Shown piece by piece: positions 17,532-26,548 of a stretch of 64,000 nucleotides of DNA. Position 1 is the stretch's first letter; each line of letters opens with the position of its first letter. Source of the DNA: Candidatus Woesearchaeota archaeon (lineage in GTDB: Archaea; Nanobdellota; Nanobdellia; Woesearchaeales; GW2011-AR9); the NCBI GenBank assembly GCA_023265685.1, contig JAHFSP010000003.1, positions 759 through 64,758 on the forward strand, written 5' to 3'. The notes under the pieces are model-generated. The model ran no database searches. It was not told where the DNA came from and saw only the letters and a program-made list of their open reading frames with translations. A program made the position numbers and the translations under genes.

Positions 17532-19295
17532 ATGCGTAAGCGTATTGCAGTTATTGATCGACAGAAGTGTCATCCAGATGAGTGCGGGAATTATCTTTGT
17601 GCTAAATTGTGCCCTGTTAATCGGTCCGGGACTGAATGTATTTCTGTGGGAGAACCAGATAAGAAAGCACGTATTGATGAGATGTTGTGTACAGGATGTG
17701 GGATTTGTCCTAATCGTTGTCCATTTGGAGCGATTCAAATCATTAATTTGCCCGAAACGCTCACCAAGGATCCGGTTCATCGCTACGGGGAGAATATGTT
17801 TGAGCTCTATCTTCTTCCAACACCAGTGTTTGGGAGTGTTACGGGAATCTTAGGAAAAAACGGAATTGGTAAGTCAACGGCACTTAAAATAATGGCCAAT
17901 ATGCTTAAACCAAATCTGGGTCATTATGATAATCCTCCAGAATTTAAAGAGGTTATCAATTATTTTAAAGGCACTGAGACACAGAAATTTTTGGAGCGAT
18001 TGCACAAGAACGAGATTACGTTAAGTTATAAACCGCAGCAAGTTGATCTGATACCTAAACAAGTAAAGGGGACGGTACGAGACTTATTATCAAAAATTAA
18101 TTCGAGTGAGGAGTTGATGGGAGTTGTTGAAAAACTACAACTAACACATTTCCTGGATAATGAGATTGCGACAATTTCAGGAGGAGAATTGCAACGAGTC
18201 GCGATTGCGGCGAGTGTGTTGAAAAAAGCAAACTTGTTTTTATTTGATGAACCAACATCGTTTTTAGATATTAAGCAGCGAGTCAAAGTTTCTGAATTTA
18301 TTCACGATTTGGCTGACGATAAAACAGCAGTTATGGTTATTGAGCACGATTTGATTATTTTAGATTATATGACTCAATATCTAAACATCATGTATGGGCA
18401 AGAAGGGGCGTACGGGGTTGTGTCAGGATTGAAAGCCACTCGTGAGGGAATTAATGCGTTTTTGGAAGGATATTTGCGAGAAGAAAATATTCGGTTTCGA
18501 GATCATGCCATTAAGTTTGAAAAATCTCAGGATTCACGAGGTGCAATTCCTATGCCATTAGTTTCTTGGCCTGAGATGAAGAAGACACTGGGTAAATTTT
18601 CTCTGGAAATTGGTGCAGGGACATTACATCGTGATGAGGTTGTAGGAATTTTAGGAGAAAATGGAATTGGTAAAACGACGTTTATTAAAATTCTTGCAGG
18701 CATGATAAAGCCTGATTCTGGTGTGGTTGATTCTTCTGTGAAGGTTGCATACAAAGCACAGTATCTCGAGAGTGATTCAGAGATAATGGTAAGTGAGTTT
18801 TTACATCGTGCTGTTGAGAAATATTCTAACCAGTTAATTGGCGCAATGGATATTGAACAGTTATTAACACAAAAATTATCCGAACTTTCAGGTGGTCAGT
18901 TACAACGTGTGGCGATTGCACATTGTTTATCACAGGATGCTCAGCTCTTTTTATTAGATGAACCGTCAGCATATTTGGATGTCGAGCAGCGTTTGAAAAT
19001 CTCTAAGATTATTCGAGCGTTTGCACAAGAACGGGGGATTACGGTATTAATTGTTGACCATGATTTGATGTTTCTGGATTATATCTCTTCACGTTTGATT
19101 GTCTTTTCAGGAGCTCCTGCGGTTCAGGGCACAATGGAAGGCCCATTCAAGATGGAAGAGGGAATGAACAAATTCTTGAGAGATTTGAATATTACCTTAC
19201 GTCGAGATATGACTTCGCGACGCCCTCGAGTAAATGATGTTGGTTCAGTTAAAGATCGTGAGCAGCGATCTGGCAATAAGTGGTATTATAGTTAG
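17532..19295 (+). CDS. ABCE1: ABCE1 / RNase L inhibitor ribosome-recycling ATPase
   Basis: N-terminal 4Fe-4S ferredoxin Cys clusters (CHPDECGNYLCAKLCP, CTGCGICPNRCP) followed by two ABC domains. Confidence 0.95.
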   Translation: MRKRIAVIDRQKCHPDECGNYLCAKLCPVNRSGTECISVGEPDKKARIDEMLCTGCGICPNRCPFGAIQIINLPETLTKDPVHRYGENMFELYLLPTPVFGSVTGILGKNGIGKSTALKIMANMLKPNLGHYDNPPEFKEVINYFKGTETQKFLERLHKNEITLSYKPQQVDLIPKQVKGTVRDLLSKINSSEELMGVVEKLQLTHFLDNEIATISGGELQRVAIAASVLKKANLFLFDEPTSFLDIKQRVKVSEFIHDLADDKTAVMVIEHDLIILDYMTQYLNIMYGQEGAYGVVSGLKATREGINAFLEGYLREENIRFRDHAIKFEKSQDSRGAIPMPLVSWPEMKKTLGKFSLEIGAGTLHRDEVVGILGENGIGKTTFIKILAGMIKPDSGVVDSSVKVAYKAQYLESDSEIMVSEFLHRAVEKYSNQLIGAMDIEQLLTQKLSELSGGQLQRVAIAHCLSQDAQLFLLDEPSAYLDVEQRLKISKIIRAFAQERGITVLIVDHDLMFLDYISSRLIVFSGAPAVQGTMEGPFKMEEGMNKFLRDLNITLRRDMTSRRPRVNDVGSVKDREQRSGNKWYYS

Positions 19296-19345
19296 TAGTA
19301 TTAACCGAAATGTTTAAATAGTTCTTTTTAGTTAATATCATTAAC

Positions 19346-19678
19346 ATGAATGGAGAAACTCTTCGTAAGAATTTTTTAGAATATTGGGAAATAGGAGAGT
19401 ATTCTTTTCAAAAGAAAAAATTCAACGCGTGTGTAACGCTTTATTATAAAGCACTGGTTGAATTATGTGATATCCGGCTTCTTGAGAAAACTGGAAATGT
19501 AGGAGCAAATCATACAGAACGCTTTGAACTTCTTGAACAACACGACCCTCAACTTTATACAACTGCTTCTAAATTGTTTCGTTTTTATCGTGACTCTTAT
19601 AATAAAGAGATCAGCGAGACAATTGCAATGCTCGTACGTAAGGAGGTTGATCATGCTCGAAAATCTATCTTTGATTAA
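19346..19678 (+). CDS. HEPN-like helical protein
   Basis: 110-aa all-helical protein encoded directly upstream of, and overlapping, an NTase gene. It contains ACVTLYYKALVELCD and YRDSYN. The assignment is by context and pattern. Confidence 0.5.
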   Translation: MNGETLRKNFLEYWEIGEYSFQKKKFNACVTLYYKALVELCDIRLLEKTGNVGANHTERFELLEQHDPQLYTTASKLFRFYRDSYNKEISETIAMLVRKEVDHARKSIFD

Positions 19679-20207
19679 ATCCTGGATAAAAAAAGAAAAA
19701 GTGCTTGATGTCATTCTCTTTGGCTCGTTGACTCGTGGTAAAATAAAACCAGCAGATATAGACCTATGTATACTTGTTTGCGATAAAGATGAGAAGAGAA
19801 GTCTTGATCTAGTGGATTCGCTAAGTAAAATCACAGATAGATTAGGTGGTCAGTTTCAGATTAATATTCTTACTACAAGTCAATTTGTGCAGGGTAACTC
19901 TCTTGCAAAAACACTCCTTTTGGAAGGGATAAGTATCAAGACTACCAAAAAGTTTTCTGTAAGTTTTGGGTTTGAAGGAAAAAGTGCATTTGTCTATACG
20001 CTGAGCCATTTTTCAGCAACACAGCGAGTTCGATTTCATTATGCACTCAAAGGAAGGTATGGAAGCGAAGGAATGTTACGACAAGTAGAAGGTGAATTTT
20101 GGAACTCAGGAACGATTGTGGTGCCAATATTAAAAGAGGACATTTTGAAAGAATTTTTTATAACATGGAATGTTAAATTTAGTGTTAAGAAATTTTTGAT
20201 TAGTTAA
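19653..20207 (+). CDS. Nucleotidyltransferase with a ~90-aa C-terminal extension
   Basis: VILFGSLTRGKIKPADIDLCILV NTase motif. ATG at 19653 is preceded by AGGAGG. Confidence 0.75.
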   Translation: MLENLSLIKSWIKKEKVLDVILFGSLTRGKIKPADIDLCILVCDKDEKRSLDLVDSLSKITDRLGGQFQINILTTSQFVQGNSLAKTLLLEGISIKTTKKFSVSFGFEGKSAFVYTLSHFSATQRVRFHYALKGRYGSEGMLRQVEGEFWNSGTIVVPILKEDILKEFFITWNVKFSVKKFLIS

Positions 20208-20262
20208 TAATGATAACTTAAAAGATAAAATAAAAACATAAAGTTAATATTAATAACTTTGT

Positions 20263-21315
20263 TTAATAAGGTATCACTGCTTCGGAATCATAGCGGTCGG
20301 CTTTGTCGTATGCAAGAATGACGATGTTTTGATTTTCTACACTCTTGGCTAGTTCTATGGCACACGCAATTCCTGCTCGTGTTGATCGCCCAAGATCTTC
20401 ATAGCCTGCGAATGTTTGATCCCAATGTGGTAACGCTTTGAAATCATCTCGCCCTGTTGCTTGTGCGTAATAGTAATCCTGCCAACGATCGCTTACCAAC
20501 ATTGCGCCCGTGATGAGATCTGCCTCAACCGTATGTCTAATATGAGGAAAATCAATGCCTTGATAACTCGTGCCCCGCAGACGATGGCGAGGAAGTGTTC
20601 CTGGTTTGATACCAAAACGATCTTCATAGCGACTAGGATATTTCTGGTCGTACATTACTGCAGCTTGAACTGATTCAAAGGTGATGATTTTTGTTTGCGC
20701 AGTAAAAACACGAGCTGGACCTAAAACAGTTGAGCCATTCCCAACGGCAGGCATGTAAATATCGATATCAATCTCTTGCATGATTTCCCGAGCAATAGTG
20801 CCAAACGCATTGAGTGTTATCTCGTTATTACTAAATCCAGCGCCAGCACGTTTGCCCATGGAATGGTTCAGGAAGTAAAAGTCAGGATGTAGAGGAAGAA
20901 ATTCGCGAAGGAAATCTGGGAAGCCATTAATGTAATCTCGCTCTGCTGTACGATAAATGGTTACTCCTTGTTCTTGGATTATGTTTACGATAGCAGCATC
21001 AACACCACCAGCAATAGCGATATGACACTCGTATCCTAGCAATTTCCCAATCCCTGCAAATGCGGTACCAGCTGTTCCAGAGGTTGTTTCCAACACTTTT
21101 GCACCAGGTTGAAGACCTCGATACTCTTCAAACTCACGGAAGAGTTCAAGATAAACACGATCATAATGAGAACCAAATGGATTATCGCATTCACGTTTGA
21201 GGAAAAGATGGTTGTTGTTAGGAAAGTCCCCAGTGTATGGAATGAGTGGGGTGTTGCCGATACGTGCTGCCAGTTCATCATAGAGCTGTTGACGTTGTGG
21301 GTTCATTGGTTTCAC
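20263..21315 (-). CDS. PLP-dependent enzyme fold (CysK/CBS beta-family) with an atypical active-site motif
   Basis: IGNTPLIPY, TSGTAGTAFAG, AVGNGST and STRAGIA are blocks in CysK order. The GSxKDR motif reads GSHYDR. Confidence 0.8.
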   Translation of the reverse strand: MKPMNPQRQQLYDELAARIGNTPLIPYTGDFPNNNHLFLKRECDNPFGSHYDRVYLELFREFEEYRGLQPGAKVLETTSGTAGTAFAGIGKLLGYECHIAIAGGVDAAIVNIIQEQGVTIYRTAERDYINGFPDFLREFLPLHPDFYFLNHSMGKRAGAGFSNNEITLNAFGTIAREIMQEIDIDIYMPAVGNGSTVLGPARVFTAQTKIITFESVQAAVMYDQKYPSRYEDRFGIKPGTLPRHRLRGTSYQGIDFPHIRHTVEADLITGAMLVSDRWQDYYYAQATGRDDFKALPHWDQTFAGYEDLGRSTRAGIACAIELAKSVENQNIVILAYDKADRYDSEAVIPY

Positions 21316-21929
21316 CTTTTTTCAAAAAGTATGACGCAGGTTTCTCTAAGCCAATCAACGTTGCTCTCACTTTCAAATCGAAGAAGTCTTCCCGAAATAG
21401 CCTCATTAGCTACATTCTCGAGCAAGTGGTTGGGATCAACACGATATTGCCACTCGCGTAGTTCAGCTGTCCCATACAGTGATGGTGCATGAACAACATG
21501 CATAGCAATGCCCCCCGTTTGCAGTGCATGATAGGCATTACGAAGTGCCTGAACTTGTTCTGAGGGTGTAAGAAACTTCAGGAGTTCATGACTGAAAACA
21601 ACAGAAAAACCAGTCTGAGGAAACGGCTCTGTTACATCGTGTTCAACAACATTTCCTGCATCCTTAAGATGTTTACTATCCAGATCATAGGTTACAACTT
21701 CTACTGGCTGGCAGAAGACTTCACAAAATATTTTTTCGTGAATTGAGAGGTACCTCTTGTCCGAAGCTCCAAGTACAGCGACTCTCACTTTTTCTCGCGG
21801 ATGATAGTTAAGTTCTTCTACAACACATTTCACAATAGACTTTTTAGTAGCAGCCATATTAGCTACCCATTCCTCTGGCTGAGCAGCATATTCTCGATAA
21901 TGAGATTGAAGTATTTCTTTAGTGACCAT
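21312..21929 (-). CDS. Class I SAM-methyltransferase-like protein
   Basis: VAVLGASD (degenerate motif I), FSVVFSHELLKFL and ALQTGGIAMHVV. It overlaps the downstream PLP gene by 4 nt. Confidence 0.45.
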   Translation of the reverse strand: MVTKEILQSHYREYAAQPEEWVANMAATKKSIVKCVVEELNYHPREKVRVAVLGASDKRYLSIHEKIFCEVFCQPVEVVTYDLDSKHLKDAGNVVEHDVTEPFPQTGFSVVFSHELLKFLTPSEQVQALRNAYHALQTGGIAMHVVHAPSLYGTAELREWQYRVDPNHLLENVANEAISGRLLRFESESNVDWLRETCVILFEKR

Positions 21930-22029
21930 TTTGTTTATTACTTATTAGTAAGAAATTAATTCTTATTTAATATTATGTTGTCTTATTTTAAAACGACATT
22001 CTTAAAAAGAACAGAGATAATGCGGAAGC

Positions 22030-23142
22030 ATGCATAAAGAAGCAGTCTTGCAACAGTTTGGTCTAACAGAAGCTGAAGTACGAGTTTACATTTATCTTCT
22101 TCAGTACGGAGAAGAAACGGCAAGTGAAATTGCGAAGAAAGTGGGAATGAATCGGACGTTTGCCTATGATCGTCTCAAAAAATTGCAGGATGTGGGGTTG
22201 GTTAGCTCTGTCATTAAAGATAGCAAAAAATATTTCTTGGCAACAGAACCACAGCAATTACTCTCCTTACTTAAAGAGCGAGAAGAACAACTCAAAGATG
22301 TTTTACCCGAATTGGAGAAGCTGCGAAAACCTAAAGAGGATGTTCCAAAAGTAGAAGTATATTCGAGTTTGAAAGGTGTTAAAACTGCTCTTAATTTGAT
22401 GCTTAAAGAAAAACAAACAGCATATGTTCATGGATCAATATCTCTCTTCAAAGAAGCGTTACCAACTCATTTTGAGATTTGGAATACACGGCGAGTTAAT
22501 CTAAAAATCCCACTTAAAATATTAAGCTCGGAAAGAATAAAGCTGAGCCTTACGGAAATCGATCAACTTCCTTTTGAAGAGAAATCTATTACTACTACAT
22601 TTACGTTTGGTAACTCCACACTAATTGTCATGTGGAATGACCATCCTCTCGCTATCCATATTAATAACAAAAACATTGCTGATAATAATCGAACGCTGTT
22701 TAACACAATTTGGAATAGAGAAGTAAAGATCTACAAAGGAAAGGAAGGGATTTTACAGGCATTTTGGGAAGTGATTGAAAATACCAAAGAGTGCGTTGGT
22801 TTTGGCTGTAGCAAGAATCTAGCAGACATCTATACAGTAGAATGGAGTAATCTTTGGCATGAGGACAGACTATCTCACAATGTAAAGGTACGGTTAGTGG
22901 CCTATGATGATAAAAAAAGTAGAGACTATTTCACACCACGAACGAAAGCAAAAAGAGAATATTTCGTACGGTTTTTGTCTCGCGAGTCACAAGGCCCATC
23001 ATGCGTAATGATCTCTGAGAAGATGATTGCAACGTTTGTGTATACTGAAAAACAATATCAAGTTATTGTGAATAAAAATAAAGAAACGATTGCGGCATAT
23101 CGTAAATATTTTGATGAGTTATGGCTTAAGTCAAAAAAATAA
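22030..23142 (+). CDS. TrmB-family transcriptional regulator
   Basis: FGLTEAEVRVYIYLLQYGEETASEIAKKVGMNRTFAYDRLKKLQDVGLV wHTH plus a coiled-coil arm and a C-terminal domain. Confidence 0.8.
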   Translation: MHKEAVLQQFGLTEAEVRVYIYLLQYGEETASEIAKKVGMNRTFAYDRLKKLQDVGLVSSVIKDSKKYFLATEPQQLLSLLKEREEQLKDVLPELEKLRKPKEDVPKVEVYSSLKGVKTALNLMLKEKQTAYVHGSISLFKEALPTHFEIWNTRRVNLKIPLKILSSERIKLSLTEIDQLPFEEKSITTTFTFGNSTLIVMWNDHPLAIHINNKNIADNNRTLFNTIWNREVKIYKGKEGILQAFWEVIENTKECVGFGCSKNLADIYTVEWSNLWHEDRLSHNVKVRLVAYDDKKSRDYFTPRTKAKREYFVRFLSRESQGPSCVMISEKMIATFVYTEKQYQVIVNKNKETIAAYRKYFDELWLKSKK

Positions 23143-23160
23143 TGGGAAAGTGAATTTTAC

Positions 23161-23286
23161 TCATTCAACTTTTGCTAGAGTTTGAGCAGGTGCTTTTTTT
23201 GCAACGTATTTTTTAACGTATTTACGGCCGTTGTTGTGAGTGCGAATGCGCAGATTGCGCTTTTGCTTAGTATGCATTTTTCTCAT
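23161..23286 (-). CDS. Very basic 41-aa protein (possible ribosome- or nucleic-acid-associated)
   Basis: MRKMHTKQKRNLRIRTHNNGRKYVKKYVAKKAPAQTLAKVE. Found by hand translation. No family was recognised. Confidence 0.3.
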   Translation of the reverse strand: MRKMHTKQKRNLRIRTHNNGRKYVKKYVAKKAPAQTLAKVE

Positions 23287-23370
23287 AGCGACGTTGGCAT
23301 GTGAGGTATATTATAAGCCTTTCGCTGGTGCGAAGAAGCGTTTTAAATGAAATATAAATTTACTGACTCA

Positions 23371-23472
23371 TTACTTGCTGTCATCATAGCCGCATTTACG
23401 GCATTTAAAGAATGTGAGAAGCTCAGCTTCGATCTCTTGTATTTCTTTGGACTTACACTTGGGACAATCCAT
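23371..23472 (-). CDS. 33-aa zinc-ribbon protein
   Basis: MDCPKCKSKEIQEIEAELLTFFKCRKCGYDDSK (CPxC...CxxC). Found by hand translation. Confidence 0.3.
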   Translation of the reverse strand: MDCPKCKSKEIQEIEAELLTFFKCRKCGYDDSK

Positions 23473-23498
23473 CCTCAAAAGAAGAATGTAGAAGTATA

Positions 23499-24476
23499 TT
23501 AAGATTGTGCGATTTGAGTAATAAATCTAAACGTGTATTGCGGAGCGATGCGAAACGAGACACGTGGGACATAACCGATAACATCGCCTGCGACTTCAAG
23601 GGGAAATGATTTGTTGTCTTTTCTTTGGAGATTAATTTCACCTGTAAAAGCATCGCGAACAAGTGGACCTTGGTACTCTCCCTTCCAAAAAGAGGGGATG
23701 TTTGCTAAGAAATGTGCGACTCGACCATGAAGATTAAAACTACGTGCATGCATCATGCCCTGTTGATGTGCTTGAGTAGCGTAAGGGAGTGCTTTAAGTC
23801 CCCAGCCGTAATGAGGAGTGGTTCCTACACCAAACGTAACGGTGTCTGATTTGATAAGGTCATCGAGGGGAAGGGAATTGGTGGAGAAAGAACCATTTTG
23901 AGTGATCGGTAACCCTTGAGATTTTTCTACTGATGCTTCCAATGGTTTTAGATGAGGAAGGTGACTTAAGCCAGCAGGAATGTAACCTATTTTTCCCATT
24001 CTTGGTCGCCACTTTTTGTCGTAGTCATTGATAACTGTGACGTCTAAACCTACGCTCGCAAAGGTGAAATACTCGGGATCTTGGTTGGCTGCTTGGATGT
24101 GAATAAGGGGAATTGACGCTGTAGCGAGGAAGTCATTTTCGATTGTTCTTTCAAGTAATGTTGATGCTTGTTTTCGATTTTGTGTTCCGAGACTATGTGC
24201 AAGAGCGTTGCCGTTACCAAATGGAAGGACGAGAATTTGAGGAAATGAGTCTTGTTGTGTACCCCTAGCTTTAATGAGGCCATTGAATACGTGTCTGATT
24301 GTTCCATCACCACCAAAGATGGCTACTGCATCAGCTTCAAGGAGAGGTTGATAGGATGATCCTGCACGATAGAGAGGAGTATTATCACCAACATAGCGAT
24401 GTGATAAATCCTGGAGAATTTGCCCTCTTAAATTAGTAGAATTTCCATTTATCCAGAGTGCAACTTTTTTTGCCAT
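23499..24476 (-). CDS. Diacylglycerol/lipid kinase family protein (YegS/BmrU-like)
   Basis: DAGK catalytic motif VAIFGGDGTIRHVFNGL. Confidence 0.8.
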   Translation of the reverse strand: MAKKVALWINGNSTNLRGQILQDLSHRYVGDNTPLYRAGSSYQPLLEADAVAIFGGDGTIRHVFNGLIKARGTQQDSFPQILVLPFGNGNALAHSLGTQNRKQASTLLERTIENDFLATASIPLIHIQAANQDPEYFTFASVGLDVTVINDYDKKWRPRMGKIGYIPAGLSHLPHLKPLEASVEKSQGLPITQNGSFSTNSLPLDDLIKSDTVTFGVGTTPHYGWGLKALPYATQAHQQGMMHARSFNLHGRVAHFLANIPSFWKGEYQGPLVRDAFTGEINLQRKDNKSFPLEVAGDVIGYVPRVSFRIAPQYTFRFITQIAQS

Positions 24477-24507
24477 GAGAAATCAAGAAAGAAGATAAAA
24501 TAAAAAT

Positions 24508-24969
24508 TTATTCAACAGTGACGCTACCACGAATGGCTGGTTCGTATTGATCAAAGTAGAAGTATTGACCTGGTTGCATGAAAGTATATTGTGCGGTTGC
24601 ACCAGGAACAAGATCAACGTTGAACTCAGCGTTTTCAAATGTAACAGTATAACGTACACCTACTTCAGGATTTTGGTCGTTACGAAGATCGCGATTGCCA
24701 CGATAATCATCTTGTGCTTCGCCGCTGGTTTCACGATAGTCAACATTGACCCATTCAACAGTATCGCCGGCTTTGATCACAAGATCAAGAGGTGAATATT
24801 GACCGCTTTCCATCACAACTTGATAGATTTGGCCAGTAGGTTGAACTGGAGCAACGTATTTTGTTTCTTCAACAGGTGCGGGGGTAGTAGGTTGTTGAAC
24901 TTGTTCAACAGCGCAACCAGCAACAAGGAGAAGAGCAACAATGCTCATTATTAGGATAAGTGCTCGCAT
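24508..24969 (-). CDS. Cupredoxin-like putative lipoprotein lacking recognisable copper ligands
   Basis: Lipobox LLVAGC and VIKAGDTVEWVNVD (cupredoxin beta-strand pattern). The C-terminal GQYFYFDQYEPAIRGSVTVE has no Cys/His/Met ligand set. Confidence 0.6.
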   Translation of the reverse strand: MRALILIMSIVALLLVAGCAVEQVQQPTTPAPVEETKYVAPVQPTGQIYQVVMESGQYSPLDLVIKAGDTVEWVNVDYRETSGEAQDDYRGNRDLRNDQNPEVGVRYTVTFENAEFNVDLVPGATAQYTFMQPGQYFYFDQYEPAIRGSVTVE

Positions 24970-25119
24970 GGGGATTCCTCCAATTGTTATTTCTTATGGA
25001 TAGTAACATAGTGGTTATTTAAAAAGGTTTGGGGTGGTTTGAGTAGAAAGCCTAAATTCAGGTTGGGGTTGAGACTGGGATTGAAATTTGAATCGAACGA
25101 AAAATGCAGCAAGCCTAAT

Positions 25120-25395
25120 TTATTTGTAGACATAATCATGATGATCAAAGTGGTAAAAAACCACCGAGTCGTCTTTTAGATTGTAATGAAAAGTTAAAAC
25201 AAATGAACCCATAATGTGGACTCGCTTTAGATGTTGAAGAGGTTTGCGTAAATTTTTGTAGCGATCAACATTGGGATTTGCGACAATCTCTTGAATTTTA
25301 TTAATTACGGCACTATATGCCACAGGGTCTCTTTTTGCTAACTTGCTTAGTGTTTTTTCTAGATCTTCATGAATGGAGAAGTTATGCATTTTCAA
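25120..25395 (-). CDS. RelE/YafQ-like toxin
   Basis: LKRVHIMGSFVLTFHYNLKDDSVVFYHFDHHDYVYK, with size and context (overlapping an upstream antitoxin) that fit. Confidence 0.7.
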   Translation of the reverse strand: MKMHNFSIHEDLEKTLSKLAKRDPVAYSAVINKIQEIVANPNVDRYKNLRKPLQHLKRVHIMGSFVLTFHYNLKDDSVVFYHFDHHDYVYK

Positions 25396-25627
25396 TTTTC
25401 CGCTTCAAATCTTCAAGTGAGGAATAACGGTTAAATTTCTTGCTTTTTTCAATTGCCTTGATTTTCTCTATGAATTCTGGACGTAGTTCCGGTTCTAGAA
25501 ACTCTTCTTCATATTTTTGGATTATTAGATTAACTGCTTCGGATTTGTTTTTAAGACCGTATTTACCTTTAACTACATTTACAATACGATCTTCTCGATC
25601 GCCCATGTCAACGATTGCTTGTACCAT
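25382..25627 (-). CDS. Antitoxin (small DNA-binding protein) of the RelE-like module
   Basis: 81 aa. REDRIVNVVKGKYGLKNKSEAVNLIIQKY. It overlaps the toxin gene by 14 nt. Confidence 0.6.
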   Translation of the reverse strand: MVQAIVDMGDREDRIVNVVKGKYGLKNKSEAVNLIIQKYEEEFLEPELRPEFIEKIKAIEKSKKFNRYSSLEDLKRKIENA

Positions 25628-25675
25628 GTTATGATTTATAATAGAATATAATGATCAATTATATAAATTATGGGG

Positions 25676-26398
25676 TTATTTTTTGGTATTATCCCATATG
25701 AAACTAAAAAATTGATCATACGACTGTGCCGCTTCTTTGTGGTGGATTAATGTTCCTATAGGATTGTCTGTCCAGATGATGATTCCTACTTTGTCGTTAC
25801 GGATGATAGTTTCGGTTAATGGTTCGAAACCTTGTTTAGTGTATTTGACTTCGGCTTGGGGGTATTTGGCTTGTGCGTTCCATTCTTTAAGTGATTCGTT
25901 AAACAGCAGTTTTGCTTTGATTTTTTTTGCTGCACGTTCTTTGTGGTAGTGAACCCACCACGCATCACCTAGCATGAGGGATTTTTTACTTGAGCCGAAG
26001 GTGTGGTGCTGAGAACCACCAGCGTTTAATAGTTCTAAGAGGAGTTCTTTGATCCCTTTAATGCCCCGATAGAGGACGACTTCTGGTTTTTGTTTGGCTT
26101 GTTGTTGTTTGATGAGGAGTTCTGGAAGGAGTTGTTCGAAGCGTTGCTTTTTTTCGTCGATAAATGAGGCGATGTTCTTGGGGTCTGTTGCTTGGTAATG
26201 GTGGCGTTTACCTTGCTGGATGCTGGTGATGAAGCCTTTGGCTGTGAGTTTGATTAGCGTCATGTGGACAACCGAGCTTTGCAAGCCAGATTTTTCGATG
26301 ATGGGGCCGGCAGTTGCTGAGCCGAGTTCTAAGAGGGTAAGGTAGACTTTGATTTCTGCGGTGGTGAGGCCGATGTCTTCGAGGATTTTGATGTCCAT
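25676..26398 (-). CDS. TrmB-family transcriptional regulator
   Basis: IGLTTAEIKVYLTLLELGSATAGPIIEKSGLQSSVVHMTLIKLTAKGFI. Confidence 0.8.
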   Translation of the reverse strand: MDIKILEDIGLTTAEIKVYLTLLELGSATAGPIIEKSGLQSSVVHMTLIKLTAKGFITSIQQGKRHHYQATDPKNIASFIDEKKQRFEQLLPELLIKQQQAKQKPEVVLYRGIKGIKELLLELLNAGGSQHHTFGSSKKSLMLGDAWWVHYHKERAAKKIKAKLLFNESLKEWNAQAKYPQAEVKYTKQGFEPLTETIIRNDKVGIIIWTDNPIGTLIHHKEAAQSYDQFFSFIWDNTKK

Positions 26399-26548
26399 GT
26401 TGAGAGTAGATGTTTCTTAGTTTTTAATTCTTTCTTTTTCTCCTCCATTTTTGGAGAGTGATTATTTAAGAAGTCTTTGGTTGTTACTAAACAGTAAGTA
26501 AAATAGCCGAGCGGGCTTTGTACGCACACAAAAAGGAGATGAATAAAA

